From positions 1-36,225 of the IMG/VR virus record IMGVR_UViG_3300020042_002188: DNA of 36,225 bases; one strand, given 5' to 3'. The DNA comes from a virus. Taxonomy: Duplodnaviria; Caudoviricetes. Below the pieces are notes generated by a model, which worked only from the letters and a program-made list of their open reading frames with translations, searched no databases and was not told the origin of the DNA. Every line of letters starts with the position of its first letter. The first letter of the stretch is position 1. The position numbers were made by a program, and so were the translations under genes. This document shows, one piece after another, positions 26,401 through 35,091 of this stretch.

Positions 26401-27015
26401 TTAACACTCATAGATGGTGGCTATTTTATCTAGATAAGCATCTGCTTCGCTAGGAATCATAAAATATTTCAGCAAAGTTTTACATGCATTACGCACATGG
26501 ATGTTGTCATCAATATCTTCTTGGAAGAATAAATTATTCTGATAGCTGTTTGTTAAACATTTTTTCAACTCTTTAACAAAAAATAAATCTAGTTGCTCAG
26601 GATCAAGAGCCACCCACATTTTATCGTCTTCTTCATCTTCTTCGTATTCTTCTTCCTCTTCGTCTTCTTCATCTTCTTCGTATTCTTCTTCCTCTTCGTC
26701 TTCTTCGTCTTCTTCTTCTCCATCATCTACAACAATCCAATCATCTTCATCTTCATCATAGCAATACCAAATGCCTTCGTCTTCTACATAATAGTATTCA
26801 ACATCTTCGTCTTCATCGTAGAAGTAGTTAAGGTCTTCTTCTTCTTCAGCTACATAAGTATTAGGCGTATACAACTTACCTTCTTCTGCTGCCTTAGATA
26901 ACATGCTTACTAAAGCATAGTTAATTAGATGATGTGTGGCTTCTTTGTCCATATCGACATGGCAATTTGCACTTCCGTCTTCATTTTCTTGATACGTGGT
27001 CAGCTCAATCTTCAT
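26401..27015 (-). CDS. Highly acidic hypothetical protein
   Basis: 204 aa with a central tract of about 80 aa made mostly of Asp/Glu with Tyr/Trp; ATGA overlap with the HNH gene. Confidence 0.75.
   Translation of the reverse strand: MKIELTTYQENEDGSANCHVDMDKEATHHLINYALVSMLSKAAEEGKLYTPNTYVAEEEEDLNYFYDEDEDVEYYYVEDEGIWYCYDEDEDDWIVVDDGEEEDEEDEEEEEYEEDEEDEEEEEYEEDEEDDKMWVALDPEQLDLFFVKELKKCLTNSYQNNLFFQEDIDDNIHVRNACKTLLKYFMIPSEADAYLDKIATIYEC
26624..26706. repeat. Perfect 36-bp tandem repeat, about 2.3 copies
   Basis: TCGTCTTCTTCATCTTCTTCGTATTCTTCTTCCTCT at 26624 and 26660, partial copy at 26696. Confidence 0.9.
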
Positions 27016-27401
27016 TTCTTTTTCCTTTGATTTTTTTCCTCATCAGTTTTTAATTTATGACAAGGCTTACACAATACCTGCAAATCAGGTAACTCACAAA
27101 ACATTCTATCAATATATACATCCCAACTAATAAACCCTACAGAGGGATCAACTACTGGATGTATATGATCTACTTGTACATCTGCTGCTACAAACTCTTC
27201 CTTACACACAGCACACTTGTAATGCTGTGCCATCAATCCTGTCTTCTTATTAGTCTTCCTGCCAATCAATGCAGACTTAAGAGCCGTATATTTTGGAGGC
27301 CACTTACGTGATGCTGCTCTTAAAGCAGACGTAATGAAGCTTCTAAATCTAGCGTCAGTCCATTGACCACCATTTCTATTCTTTGGGGATAGTTTCGTCA
27401 A
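27012..27401 (-). CDS. HNH endonuclease (start uncertain)
   Basis: CAVC...VQVDHIHP...LQVLCKPCH..KT. In-frame TTG at 27401 chosen to limit overlap with the upstream gene. Confidence 0.8.
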   Translation of the reverse strand: MTKLSPKNRNGGQWTDARFRSFITSALRAASRKWPPKYTALKSALIGRKTNKKTGLMAQHYKCAVCKEEFVAADVQVDHIHPVVDPSVGFISWDVYIDRMFCELPDLQVLCKPCHKLKTDEEKNQRKKK

Positions 27402-27585
27402 GGATGTTAGACATATTAGCAAAAGACTCTTCCTGAGAGAAGAGATCATGAGCAATGCTCAACGCTTCATCAAGAGACACAGCAACAAACTCAGCACATA
27501 TCTCTGCATTGTTTTTTATCTCTGTGTAAAAGACAACATAGCCATTAGCTACAGGTCTTATCTCAACTGAACTATCTTGTATCAC
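27376..27585 (-). CDS. Hypothetical protein
   Basis: 69 aa, GTGA coupling, VEIRPVANGYVV start. Confidence 0.6.
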   Translation of the reverse strand: MIQDSSVEIRPVANGYVVFYTEIKNNAEICAEFVAVSLDEALSIAHDLFSQEESFANMSNILDETIPKE

Positions 27586-27758
27586 GTTAGTCCTTCAATG
27601 TCTATGTGATTGAAAGTAATTTCTTTTGGATACAATGTTTCTAGTCCATCAGTCACACACTCTTCAACAAACTCAGATAAAGAAACTTCATCTAAGTAGA
27701 TGGAGAGTAAGTCTTCAGGGTCTATAAAAACAGTGACTGATATATTAATCTTAATCAT
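27582..27758 (-). CDS. Small acidic hypothetical protein (58 aa)
   Basis: MIKINISVTVFIDPEDLL...IEGLT*; fills the gap with 4-nt overlaps at both ends; below the ORF track cutoff. Confidence 0.7.
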   Translation of the reverse strand: MIKINISVTVFIDPEDLLSIYLDEVSLSEFVEECVTDGLETLYPKEITFNHIDIEGLT

Positions 27759-28018
27759 TCCATAGCCTCCAAACGCATATCAATTAGCTTAGCATATCCC
27801 ATGATGTCATGCCAACTATCACGATGATAACAATCTCCGTTAACAAGGCGTGACATTTTGTGAGCAATCATATCCAAAGCTTCTGCCATATCCGGTTCTA
27901 ACATATGATAGTTAACCCCGTATTTCAGGACAGCTTTTAAGTCTTGGGCAGTGGCAGAAATATTCACAAATTCTCCATAATGTCTAGCTCTTCTATCTAA
28001 GGTTTCTTCGATATTCAT
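27755..28018 (-). CDS. DUF6378-like phage protein
   Basis: TL..R...YG.F...KMSRL..GD....DSWHDI.GYA motif. Confidence 0.65.
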   Translation of the reverse strand: MNIEETLDRRARHYGEFVNISATAQDLKAVLKYGVNYHMLEPDMAEALDMIAHKMSRLVNGDCYHRDSWHDIMGYAKLIDMRLEAME

Positions 28019-28019
28019 A

Positions 28020-28361
28020 TTAATGCTTTCCACCTACAGTTTTAGTCTGCTCAGTTAGAATAAGACTGTCCCCAAAGCTATCGTGGTTGGGGTCGTATTC
28101 AAACTCACCAACATCACCATAAAATTCACTACAGTATTCCATAACTTGTTTAGCAATTTCTTCATGCTCTTCCATAAAAGGTATGACGGACGCAAGAAGA
28201 ACACCCATTCCAATCATGTCGTCCATGTTTTCTTTAGTGATGGTGATAGGACCAAAGCCACTAACCAGCACCTCAAATCCACCTACCCACTCATCGTTTT
28301 CAAAAGTGGGTCGTAAGATAACAGCTACATCATTTGGTCTTAAGTCTGATTTATTGTCCAT
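28020..28361 (-). CDS. Hypothetical protein
   Basis: 113-aa acidic ORF in the replication operon. Confidence 0.65.
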   Translation of the reverse strand: MDNKSDLRPNDVAVILRPTFENDEWVGGFEVLVSGFGPITITKENMDDMIGMGVLLASVIPFMEEHEEIAKQVMEYCSEFYGDVGEFEYDPNHDSFGDSLILTEQTKTVGGKH

Positions 28362-29064
28362 GTTCTTCTTTCATAGGAGGTTTCCACTCTTGTTCTTCAT
28401 ACCTTCTCAACCAAAGCAGCCTAGCGTTTTCTAACACTCTAGCCTCATCTCCTTCATAGGCAAGCACACAAGCTGTGTACATTTCTTCTTCAGAGATTGC
28501 TTCGGATAAAAGTTTTTCTGATTTAGCAGGGCCAATGCCACGTAGTCCAATGATATTATCAGCAGCATCACCTGTCAATATTTGTTTGTAAAAAGAACGC
28601 ATGCCTTCTTCGTAAGTAACATGATACCCATTCTTCTTTACAAAGTTGTAGTGCCAACCTGCTATCTGATCTAAATCTTTATCTACAGAAGCTATCACAC
28701 ATTCTTCTTTAAGAAGAGTTGCTTCAATAGCTATAGCATCATCTGCTTCTTGTCCTTCAACAACGACAGCACCCCACTCCTTCACCATGTGTTGGCGTAG
28801 GGCAGGGAGATGCTCAGGTTTAGGTGCTGTTCTATTACCTTTATAAACAGCAGTGGTTGCTATGTTGTTCCTGAAGTTATTCTTTCCTGTGAGAAAGAGT
28901 TTCCACTGGCTTACATAGCAACCATCAAAGGTGTTATCCACACCGCATGTAAGAATGTCAGCAATATAACTGTTAAGAGTAAACTTAGCAGTGGTTATGC
29001 TCTCCTCCTTACATGCAAAAGCGATGCGATATCCTATGATATCGGCATCAACTAGGGCTATCAT
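28351..29064 (-). CDS. 5'-3' exonuclease (T7 gp6-like)
   Basis: LVDAD, YKGNR, EADD, DKDL, GDAADNI.G..GIG motifs. Confidence 0.93.
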   Translation of the reverse strand: MIALVDADIIGYRIAFACKEESITTAKFTLNSYIADILTCGVDNTFDGCYVSQWKLFLTGKNNFRNNIATTAVYKGNRTAPKPEHLPALRQHMVKEWGAVVVEGQEADDAIAIEATLLKEECVIASVDKDLDQIAGWHYNFVKKNGYHVTYEEGMRSFYKQILTGDAADNIIGLRGIGPAKSEKLLSEAISEEEMYTACVLAYEGDEARVLENARLLWLRRYEEQEWKPPMKEEHGQ

Positions 29065-29486
29065 TACAGAACGTCTTCGTCATCCGCAGAGATACCACCA
29101 GCACCTGAGTATTCAACCAAGTCAGTGACAACCAGCTTGATCAAGGAGGCGCTAACACCTTTTTTAGTTTTGTATGTCCAAGCATACGTACCAACCAAAG
29201 CCTTAGCCTTGCTGCCATTACCAATGTCTTCAGTGATTTCATCACCATCAACATCGAATGCTTTCATTGGTTTGTTCTTAGACTTACAGGTAATGTACTT
29301 ACCCATGTCAGCCTTCTTCTCACTGTCTTGGTTAACAGACAGACCCATTTCTTCCAATGCTTCTGCTGCTGCATCAGACAAGTTACACAAGTTAACTTGA
29401 TAAGCACCACTCATCTCATTAATCTTGTTCAATTGCGCCCAATAAATGTCGCACTTAATCTTCAACTTCTTTCTTTCGTCAGTCAT
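29064..29486 (-). CDS. Single-stranded DNA-binding protein (T7 gp2.5-like)
   Basis: IGNGS motif, acidic C-terminus ADDEDVL, located between polymerase and exonuclease; RBS AAGGA before ATG 29486. Confidence 0.75.
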   Translation of the reverse strand: MTDERKKLKIKCDIYWAQLNKINEMSGAYQVNLCNLSDAAAEALEEMGLSVNQDSEKKADMGKYITCKSKNKPMKAFDVDGDEITEDIGNGSKAKALVGTYAWTYKTKKGVSASLIKLVVTDLVEYSGAGGISADDEDVL

Positions 29487-29519
29487 TTCAATTTCCTTTA
29501 TCAAAACCCACCAGTAACG

Positions 29520-31229
29520 TCAGTGGCAATCACGCCAGTTGTTGCCAATCTTTCCTTCGGCATCAACAGGACATCTAAATTGTAACACTTCTCCTGCTTT
29601 TGTTGCAGCTTTTTCTATTATATCTACAGCCTGTTGTGCCTGAGATACATCTACTTCCCATTGTGTTTCATCATGTACAAAAGCTACCAGCTTTGCATCT
29701 ATGTTAGCTTCGTTCAAAGCCTTCGTAGATTCTATAAGCCATTGCTTAGCCACCACTGCACCAGCGCATTGAAGCAAAGTGTTTAAGGCAGCATGCTGTG
29801 ATCTTATCCACAATATTCTACCATCAAGGCCGGGCAATTTTCCATTACCACCTATCTTATTTATCTTGTCCTTCAGCTTCTTTAAAGCTGGAGTATTCTC
29901 AAGAAAGTTTTCAATAAGTTTCTTACCCTTTGTTGGAGATACACCAGCAGTGATTCCAATCTTAGCAGCACCAGCACCATACAACATTGCATATGTCATA
30001 GTCTTTGTTTGATTACGAAACTTCTTGTGCTCACTATTACCATCATCCTTTGCTGTGCCTTTAGGAACAAGCCCAAAAGCTTGGCAGTTCTTCCAATGGA
30101 TATCACCCTTCAAGAGTTCTTCTTGCCACTCTAGATCACGCATGTAGTGGGCTAGGCAGCGCAGTTCAATACCACTCAAGTCCACGCCCACCTGCACCTT
30201 TCCTTTAGGCACAGTCCACATCTCTCTGCACTCAGCACCATAAGGATTACCTACGGCTGGAACCTGTGCCATGTTAGGGCTACTGTGTGTACACCTACCT
30301 GTCACTGCACCATTGGTAATCACTCTGCCATGCACCCTGCCATCAGGTTGTAAAAGCTCAAGCCAACTACTAATCTGTGCTACACGTTTCTGTAGCATAA
30401 GATATTCAGCAACAAGCTTTGCTTCAGGAAGATCAATGCCTTCAAGCACTGTCTCATCCACAATGATGTTGCCCTTCTCTGTCTTCTTAGTAAACACAAC
30501 ACCTAAGCTCTGTAGACGCTCAGCTATTTGCTGTCTGCTGCCTGAATTAAAGATGGTAACTTTATCTTTCAATTGCTTACCTGTCTTATCAGACCAGCGT
30601 TCTTCAACAATGGGTTTAAATATCTCTTGCATCTGTCCTTCAATGTCAGCCATGCGTCCACTAAGCTCAGCCTGTAACAGCATAGCTTTACGCTCATCAA
30701 GCATGAAGCCTGTCTCTTCCATCTTCTTACAGACAAGAGCCACTTCATGCTCAAGCTCAATGCTCTTGGCACTGAAGCCCTCATCAGCCATCACTTTAGT
30801 TAGATGTATGTGAAGTCTTCTAAGCAGCAACACATCTTGCTCACAATACTGAGCCATCTCTTCAGACCAACCAGCATCAAAGTCTGTGAAACCAATCTTG
30901 TGCTCTCCCAAACGAATGCCCCATGCTTCAAGGCTGTGCAGGGATGGTGCTTTCTGTCCCTCAATACAAACCATTTCAATGTCAGGTTTATATAGTCTAG
31001 ACATGACAAGTGTATCAACCAGCTTGTTTGGTTGTATCACTATGCCCCACACCTTCTGCAACACTGGTGCATCAAAGCCAATGATGTTGTGTCCACACAC
31101 TTCATCATCACCTAAATGTTGAAGCAACCCTTCGGGATTTCTCCAGCGTGTAAGCACACCATCTTTCATAGTTACACAAAGCCATATAGTGTCATGGCTT
31201 GTGTTTGTTTCTATGTCAAGATAGATCAC
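29520..31229 (-). CDS. DNA polymerase family A (T7-like) with 3'-5' exonuclease
   Basis: DIET, HNIIGFD, YCEQD exonuclease motifs; TGR..H..PN, DLSGIELR, R...K...Y...YG, VHDE polymerase motifs. Confidence 0.96.
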   Translation of the reverse strand: MIYLDIETNTSHDTIWLCVTMKDGVLTRWRNPEGLLQHLGDDEVCGHNIIGFDAPVLQKVWGIVIQPNKLVDTLVMSRLYKPDIEMVCIEGQKAPSLHSLEAWGIRLGEHKIGFTDFDAGWSEEMAQYCEQDVLLLRRLHIHLTKVMADEGFSAKSIELEHEVALVCKKMEETGFMLDERKAMLLQAELSGRMADIEGQMQEIFKPIVEERWSDKTGKQLKDKVTIFNSGSRQQIAERLQSLGVVFTKKTEKGNIIVDETVLEGIDLPEAKLVAEYLMLQKRVAQISSWLELLQPDGRVHGRVITNGAVTGRCTHSSPNMAQVPAVGNPYGAECREMWTVPKGKVQVGVDLSGIELRCLAHYMRDLEWQEELLKGDIHWKNCQAFGLVPKGTAKDDGNSEHKKFRNQTKTMTYAMLYGAGAAKIGITAGVSPTKGKKLIENFLENTPALKKLKDKINKIGGNGKLPGLDGRILWIRSQHAALNTLLQCAGAVVAKQWLIESTKALNEANIDAKLVAFVHDETQWEVDVSQAQQAVDIIEKAATKAGEVLQFRCPVDAEGKIGNNWRDCH

Positions 31230-32845
31230 AGTGCCTCACCTTCCTCTTCAATATATTCCAACATCCTACCAGTGTGTTTGTTATAAAGCAAATTACCAGC
31301 GGGTCCTGTGGTTCCACTGAACCTGTTCTTAAGTACACGAACCTTAGTCATGTTGCGTACCTGTTCTTCTTCTGCTTGACCATTACGCTCAAGACCAATC
31401 ACCATGTCACTAAGCTGAGCAATGGAGCCACTGCCTCTGAGCTGTGCCAATGAAGTGACAGCACCTTCTTCATGTCCCTTATCAGAGGGACGCTTCAAGT
31501 GGCTAACAATAACGAGAGCTATGTTTGTTTCTTGTACAAGCATACGAAGCTTGGTCATGATTTCATCAATGGCTTTGCGCTCATCACCACTTTCTTGTGC
31601 AGACACAATGATTGATACGTGATCAAGGAAGATGTACTTGCAGCTAAGCCCTTTAGCCATGTAACGAACACGATTGATAATGTTATCTGTTGATGTGCTT
31701 CCAAAGTGGTCAAACAAAAACAATCTACCAGTGCCTAACGTATTATCAAAAGCTCTCTTGCGTTCTTCTTCACCAACCTCATGGTCAGGCAAGTGCAATG
31801 GAACATTAGCTGCAAGAGACATGATGGATAAACCTGTCTTACGAATGCTCTCTTCCAAAAACATAAGACCAATGTTGTCCTCTGTCTTCTGCACAATGTG
31901 CCACACAATTTCTCTAAGCACTTGACTCTTACCCAACCCACTACCAGCAGTGATAGTCACTAGTTCACCAAAGCGCATACCATAGGTAAGTTCATTGAGT
32001 CCTTGCCAAGGATAGAAGCAATCTGCTGGAGCCAAAGGCTTAGACATTTCATCCCACAAGGTAGAGCCTGAGACAATACCATCTGGAACAAACTGCTCAG
32101 CCCTCCACCATCTGTCTACAAAGGCAGCTTCTTTGCTTTCAGAAAGCCAATCACATGCGTCTTTGTAATCAGGCAAAGGCTTGAACACTTTGCACTTGCT
32201 GCCGAAAAGCTCAGCCACTTCCTTAGCTGCTTTAACTCCATGCTCATCACCATCAAAACATACTATGATGTTTTCAAAACTGTTGATGTATTCATAATGT
32301 TGCTTGCAATCTTTCAATGCAGAGCCAGCACCATTACGTATAGACACAACAGGATATTTAGATCCTGTCATTTGGTATGCAGCCAGTGCATCAAACTCAC
32401 CCTCCACAATGGTAAGGTAGCGTCCACCAATGGGAAACAAATGCTGCCCAAACAATGTACCCTTACCCCATGCACCAGCAGTGGAGAAAGATTTTTCTTT
32501 TGTGCCTCTAACTTTTGCAGCTACAAGCTGGTTGTCCTTATCGTGATAAGGAAAATATAAATTGTTGTCACACTTAACAACACCATACTTGTCCATTGTT
32601 GCTTTGGTAATGCGTCTGTCAGAGACAGACACTGATACACCTTCTCTATATTGTTTTAGAAAAGATATGTCCTTCACTTCTGTTTCTTCTGCAAGCATTG
32701 TGTGTGTTTCCTCTGAGGCTATGGTTGATGGAGTGAATGTATTACATACAAAGCACTTGGTTGACATGTCATCATTGATTGATAGTCCATCGGAACTACC
32801 ACAAGTATGACAAGGTTGATGTGTTTTTATAAATCTAGTTCCCAC
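31226..32845 (-). CDS. Primase-helicase (T7 gp4-like)
   Basis: Zn ribbon CHTC/CFVC, TOPRIM EGEFD and FDGD, Walker A AGSGLGKS, LDH, LRGSGSI, KNRF.G. Confidence 0.96.
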   Translation of the reverse strand: MGTRFIKTHQPCHTCGSSDGLSINDDMSTKCFVCNTFTPSTIASEETHTMLAEETEVKDISFLKQYREGVSVSVSDRRITKATMDKYGVVKCDNNLYFPYHDKDNQLVAAKVRGTKEKSFSTAGAWGKGTLFGQHLFPIGGRYLTIVEGEFDALAAYQMTGSKYPVVSIRNGAGSALKDCKQHYEYINSFENIIVCFDGDEHGVKAAKEVAELFGSKCKVFKPLPDYKDACDWLSESKEAAFVDRWWRAEQFVPDGIVSGSTLWDEMSKPLAPADCFYPWQGLNELTYGMRFGELVTITAGSGLGKSQVLREIVWHIVQKTEDNIGLMFLEESIRKTGLSIMSLAANVPLHLPDHEVGEEERKRAFDNTLGTGRLFLFDHFGSTSTDNIINRVRYMAKGLSCKYIFLDHVSIIVSAQESGDERKAIDEIMTKLRMLVQETNIALVIVSHLKRPSDKGHEEGAVTSLAQLRGSGSIAQLSDMVIGLERNGQAEEEQVRNMTKVRVLKNRFSGTTGPAGNLLYNKHTGRMLEYIEEEGEAL

Positions 32846-33072
32846 TCCACTCCTTTGTAACTTATGTCGTGAGTTTTTAACACAGCAGTGTAGCCATCTA
32901 AAAGCCTTTGCATTCTGCTGTTGTGCAGTGCTGTGATACCAATAATCATATTGGCTTGTTCATCCTCTGTCATAGGTGTTGGTCTGTCCATCATTGCCCA
33001 TAACAAAAGATCAAGGTCTTCTGATGTACTCCATGCCTGCATGATGAGGGATTCAAGTTCATGAAATTGCAT
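32827..33072 (-). CDS. Hypothetical protein
   Basis: MQFHELESLIMQAW...; RBS AAGGA before ATG 33072. Confidence 0.65.
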   Translation of the reverse strand: MQFHELESLIMQAWSTSEDLDLLLWAMMDRPTPMTEDEQANMIIGITALHNSRMQRLLDGYTAVLKTHDISYKGVEWELDL

Positions 33073-33232
33073 TTGATTTTCCTTTACATGAATGCTGATT
33101 AGCTTCTTCTTCAACAAGAAATATTGTTGAGCATTTGCGACAACGCCAAGCAATACTCTCTACCATTATAGTTTGTTTCCTTCCGTAGACACCACGCATC
33201 TTTCCAAAGAGTGTTCTTATTTTTTCAATCAT
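33059..33232 (-). CDS. Small zinc-finger-like protein (57 aa)
   Basis: MIEKIRTLFG...WRCRKCSTIFLVEEEANQHSC...; ATGA coupling; not in the ORF track. Confidence 0.6.
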   Translation of the reverse strand: MIEKIRTLFGKMRGVYGRKQTIMVESIAWRCRKCSTIFLVEEEANQHSCKGKSNAIS

Positions 33233-33429
33233 GTGTTCTTCTCCTTGAGTATGGCTTCAAGGGCTTTGGCAAAACTTATCCAGCCGTAATCCTGTTCGTA
33301 TACTCTTAATGTTTTATCTATCTCTTCATTTGTCAGCCCTACCCATTCCTTTTCTTTTTCACCACACCAATTGCATTGGTCTTGATAGGTGATTATGGAA
33401 TGTTCTGCTGGACAGAAATGTTCTTTCAT
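33229..33429 (-). CDS. Hypothetical protein
   Basis: HFC...CNWC and EWVGLT.EEI...FAKALEA.LKEKN; coupled to both neighbours. Confidence 0.65.
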   Translation of the reverse strand: MKEHFCPAEHSIITYQDQCNWCGEKEKEWVGLTNEEIDKTLRVYEQDYGWISFAKALEAILKEKNT

Positions 33430-33578
33430 AATTGCCCCTTTGCTGCTAAATATAAACCAACATTGCCTAAGCTATAGCCAACAAAGGCTATGCCCAGTCC
33501 CATGTTTCCTTTCAGTAGTAGGTCTACAGCCACTACCAAATAGACAACACCAATGATTGCTATGAGCCAAGCACTCAT
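33426..33578 (-). CDS. Small two-TM membrane protein (50 aa)
   Basis: MSAWLIAIIGVVYLVVAVDLLLKGNMGLGIAFVGYSLGNVGLYLAAKGQL*; ATGA overlaps at both ends. Confidence 0.7.
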   Translation of the reverse strand: MSAWLIAIIGVVYLVVAVDLLLKGNMGLGIAFVGYSLGNVGLYLAAKGQL

Positions 33579-33721
33579 TGCTTCACCATAAACTGTGTAC
33601 GCACAAGCTGCAAAGCAGCAAGCAACTCTTTGTCTCTAACATCCTCCACTAGATCAAGCTCCCATTTAATTAAAAACTCAAGCTCATCTATGACAACTGC
33701 TTCAATTTCTTCTCTAGTCAT
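33575..33721 (-). CDS. Small hypothetical protein (48 aa)
   Basis: RBS GGAGG; MTREEIEAVVIDELEFLIKWE... Confidence 0.65.
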   Translation of the reverse strand: MTREEIEAVVIDELEFLIKWELDLVEDVRDKELLAALQLVRTQFMVKQ

Positions 33722-33821
33722 TTAAGTCCTCCAAAAAAATAACCACTGCTATGAATATAAAACCACCCACAAAAGCTGCCACAGCAGTCACTACTAAGAA
33801 AGTTAATACAGATTCAATCAT
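33714..33821 (-). CDS. Single-TM mini-protein (35 aa)
   Basis: MIESVLTFLVVTAVAAFVGGFIFIAVVIFLEDLND*; ATGA overlap with the recombinase stop; GAGG RBS. Confidence 0.55.
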   Translation of the reverse strand: MIESVLTFLVVTAVAAFVGGFIFIAVVIFLEDLND

Positions 33822-34915
33822 ACAAATCCTCTCATCCTTGCTGCCACTGTAGCACCCTTCAGCGTATGCTTCAAGTATGGTGCAACACTTTGGGGTGTGG
33901 CATGCCCCGTCATAGCCATGATGTTAGGCAGGGGTACTTCTGCCTCAATCATCTCAGTCACTGCTGTCCTACGTAGATCCATAAGCCTTATATCCGCAGA
34001 TATATTTGCTTCAGTTTTTATTACATCACCAACTCTTGATAAGTTTTCTATTGAGTAAGGCACTAGCCCACCATTTCTATCTGACATATTACTTGGTGCA
34101 ACATATTGTTGCCATCCATACTCTTCATGTTGTTGCTTAAGCATTGCTTGCAACCCTTCAGATGTAGGCAAAGTGATACGTGCTCTACGCTTGCTCTGCT
34201 CAAGGGTTAGAACACCTGTCTCCATGTTGTAATCTACCCACTTCAACATACGCATGTCTCCCATACGCTGTCCCCATTCGTATGCCATCTGCACAATGAG
34301 TCCTACATTACGCCATTTAAAATGGCTGTAAGCCACATCAAGGAATGCTTTGACATCTTCCCTTGTCCAAACAATTTTACGTGCCTTCTCAATCCTTCTC
34401 TGCACCTTGCTGAATGGATTGTAGTTGGTGTAGCCCTGCCTTATGGCATAGTTAAACAACAAACGATAGACAGCTAAGCTATGGTTAGCCAAGCTAACAC
34501 TGTTGGTAGCATGTTCTTCATAGACACGCTGACACATGGGTGTCTTGATGTCTTCAAGCTTAGCCCATAGCAATGGAACACCACCCATCCTGCTTTGATA
34601 CCACATCTTTAGATAATAAAGATAGTCTTGTCTTGTTTGAGGAGCAAGCTTAGCAAAGCTCAGGCTGTTTTCATAACTCTTGATCACTTCACTAAGCTTC
34701 GCATTTGTGGATAGGTTTTTCAAATGCTTTCGCTCTTGTCTCCAATCATCTAAGATTTTGTTCTGCTCTTCAGCCATAGCATAGGCTGTTTGATAGGTGC
34801 TACCAAGCTCAGTGCGCTTGACAACACCAGCATCAATGGCATCTTGTGGCGGGTTGTACCTCCACTTGGTCTTGCCTGCCACCTTAAAGCGCATTACATA
34901 GCGAGGCATACTCAT
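33818..34915 (-). CDS. int: Tyrosine recombinase / integrase
   Basis: GQRMGD (R), QSK (K), MDLRRT (HxxR position), TGH and PYL (Y nucleophile); core-binding region with NPF. Confidence 0.9.
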   Translation of the reverse strand: MSMPRYVMRFKVAGKTKWRYNPPQDAIDAGVVKRTELGSTYQTAYAMAEEQNKILDDWRQERKHLKNLSTNAKLSEVIKSYENSLSFAKLAPQTRQDYLYYLKMWYQSRMGGVPLLWAKLEDIKTPMCQRVYEEHATNSVSLANHSLAVYRLLFNYAIRQGYTNYNPFSKVQRRIEKARKIVWTREDVKAFLDVAYSHFKWRNVGLIVQMAYEWGQRMGDMRMLKWVDYNMETGVLTLEQSKRRARITLPTSEGLQAMLKQQHEEYGWQQYVAPSNMSDRNGGLVPYSIENLSRVGDVIKTEANISADIRLMDLRRTAVTEMIEAEVPLPNIMAMTGHATPQSVAPYLKHTLKGATVAARMRGFV

Positions 34916-35091
34916 TCTTCTTTCTCTCCAACGTAACCAACAAGCCTTGCTGTCCTTCGTAAGTCTTCTATGACAAGCTCAGCATGTTCTGCTGATATGG
35001 CATAGACAATGCAAGTACGAAGCCCTTCATCAGTTACATACCCTGCAACAAATGGCTTCCACTCCATACCTTTATCGTCTTTGAAGTTCAT
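34912..35091 (-). CDS. Small hypothetical protein (59 aa)
   Basis: MNFKDDKGMEWKPF...YAISAEHAELVIEDLRRTA...; ATGA overlaps at both ends. Confidence 0.7.
   Translation of the reverse strand: MNFKDDKGMEWKPFVAGYVTDEGLRTCIVYAISAEHAELVIEDLRRTARLVGYVGEKEE

Noticed and set aside
26624-26706. 36-bp repeats as a mini CRISPR array
   Set aside because: The copies are directly adjacent with no spacers and encode the D/E tract.
26593-26901. Phe-rich 102-aa membrane-like ORF on the + strand
   Set aside because: Antisense shadow of the GAA/GAT-rich acidic gene.
24354-32845. Introns or inteins in RNR, polymerase or helicase
   Set aside because: All three ORFs are continuous and of compact length, with no intein-like insertion evident.
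34947-34970. EDLRRTA in the 59-aa ORF matching MDLRRTA of the recombinase
   Set aside because: A six-residue match with no flanking similarity, most likely chance.
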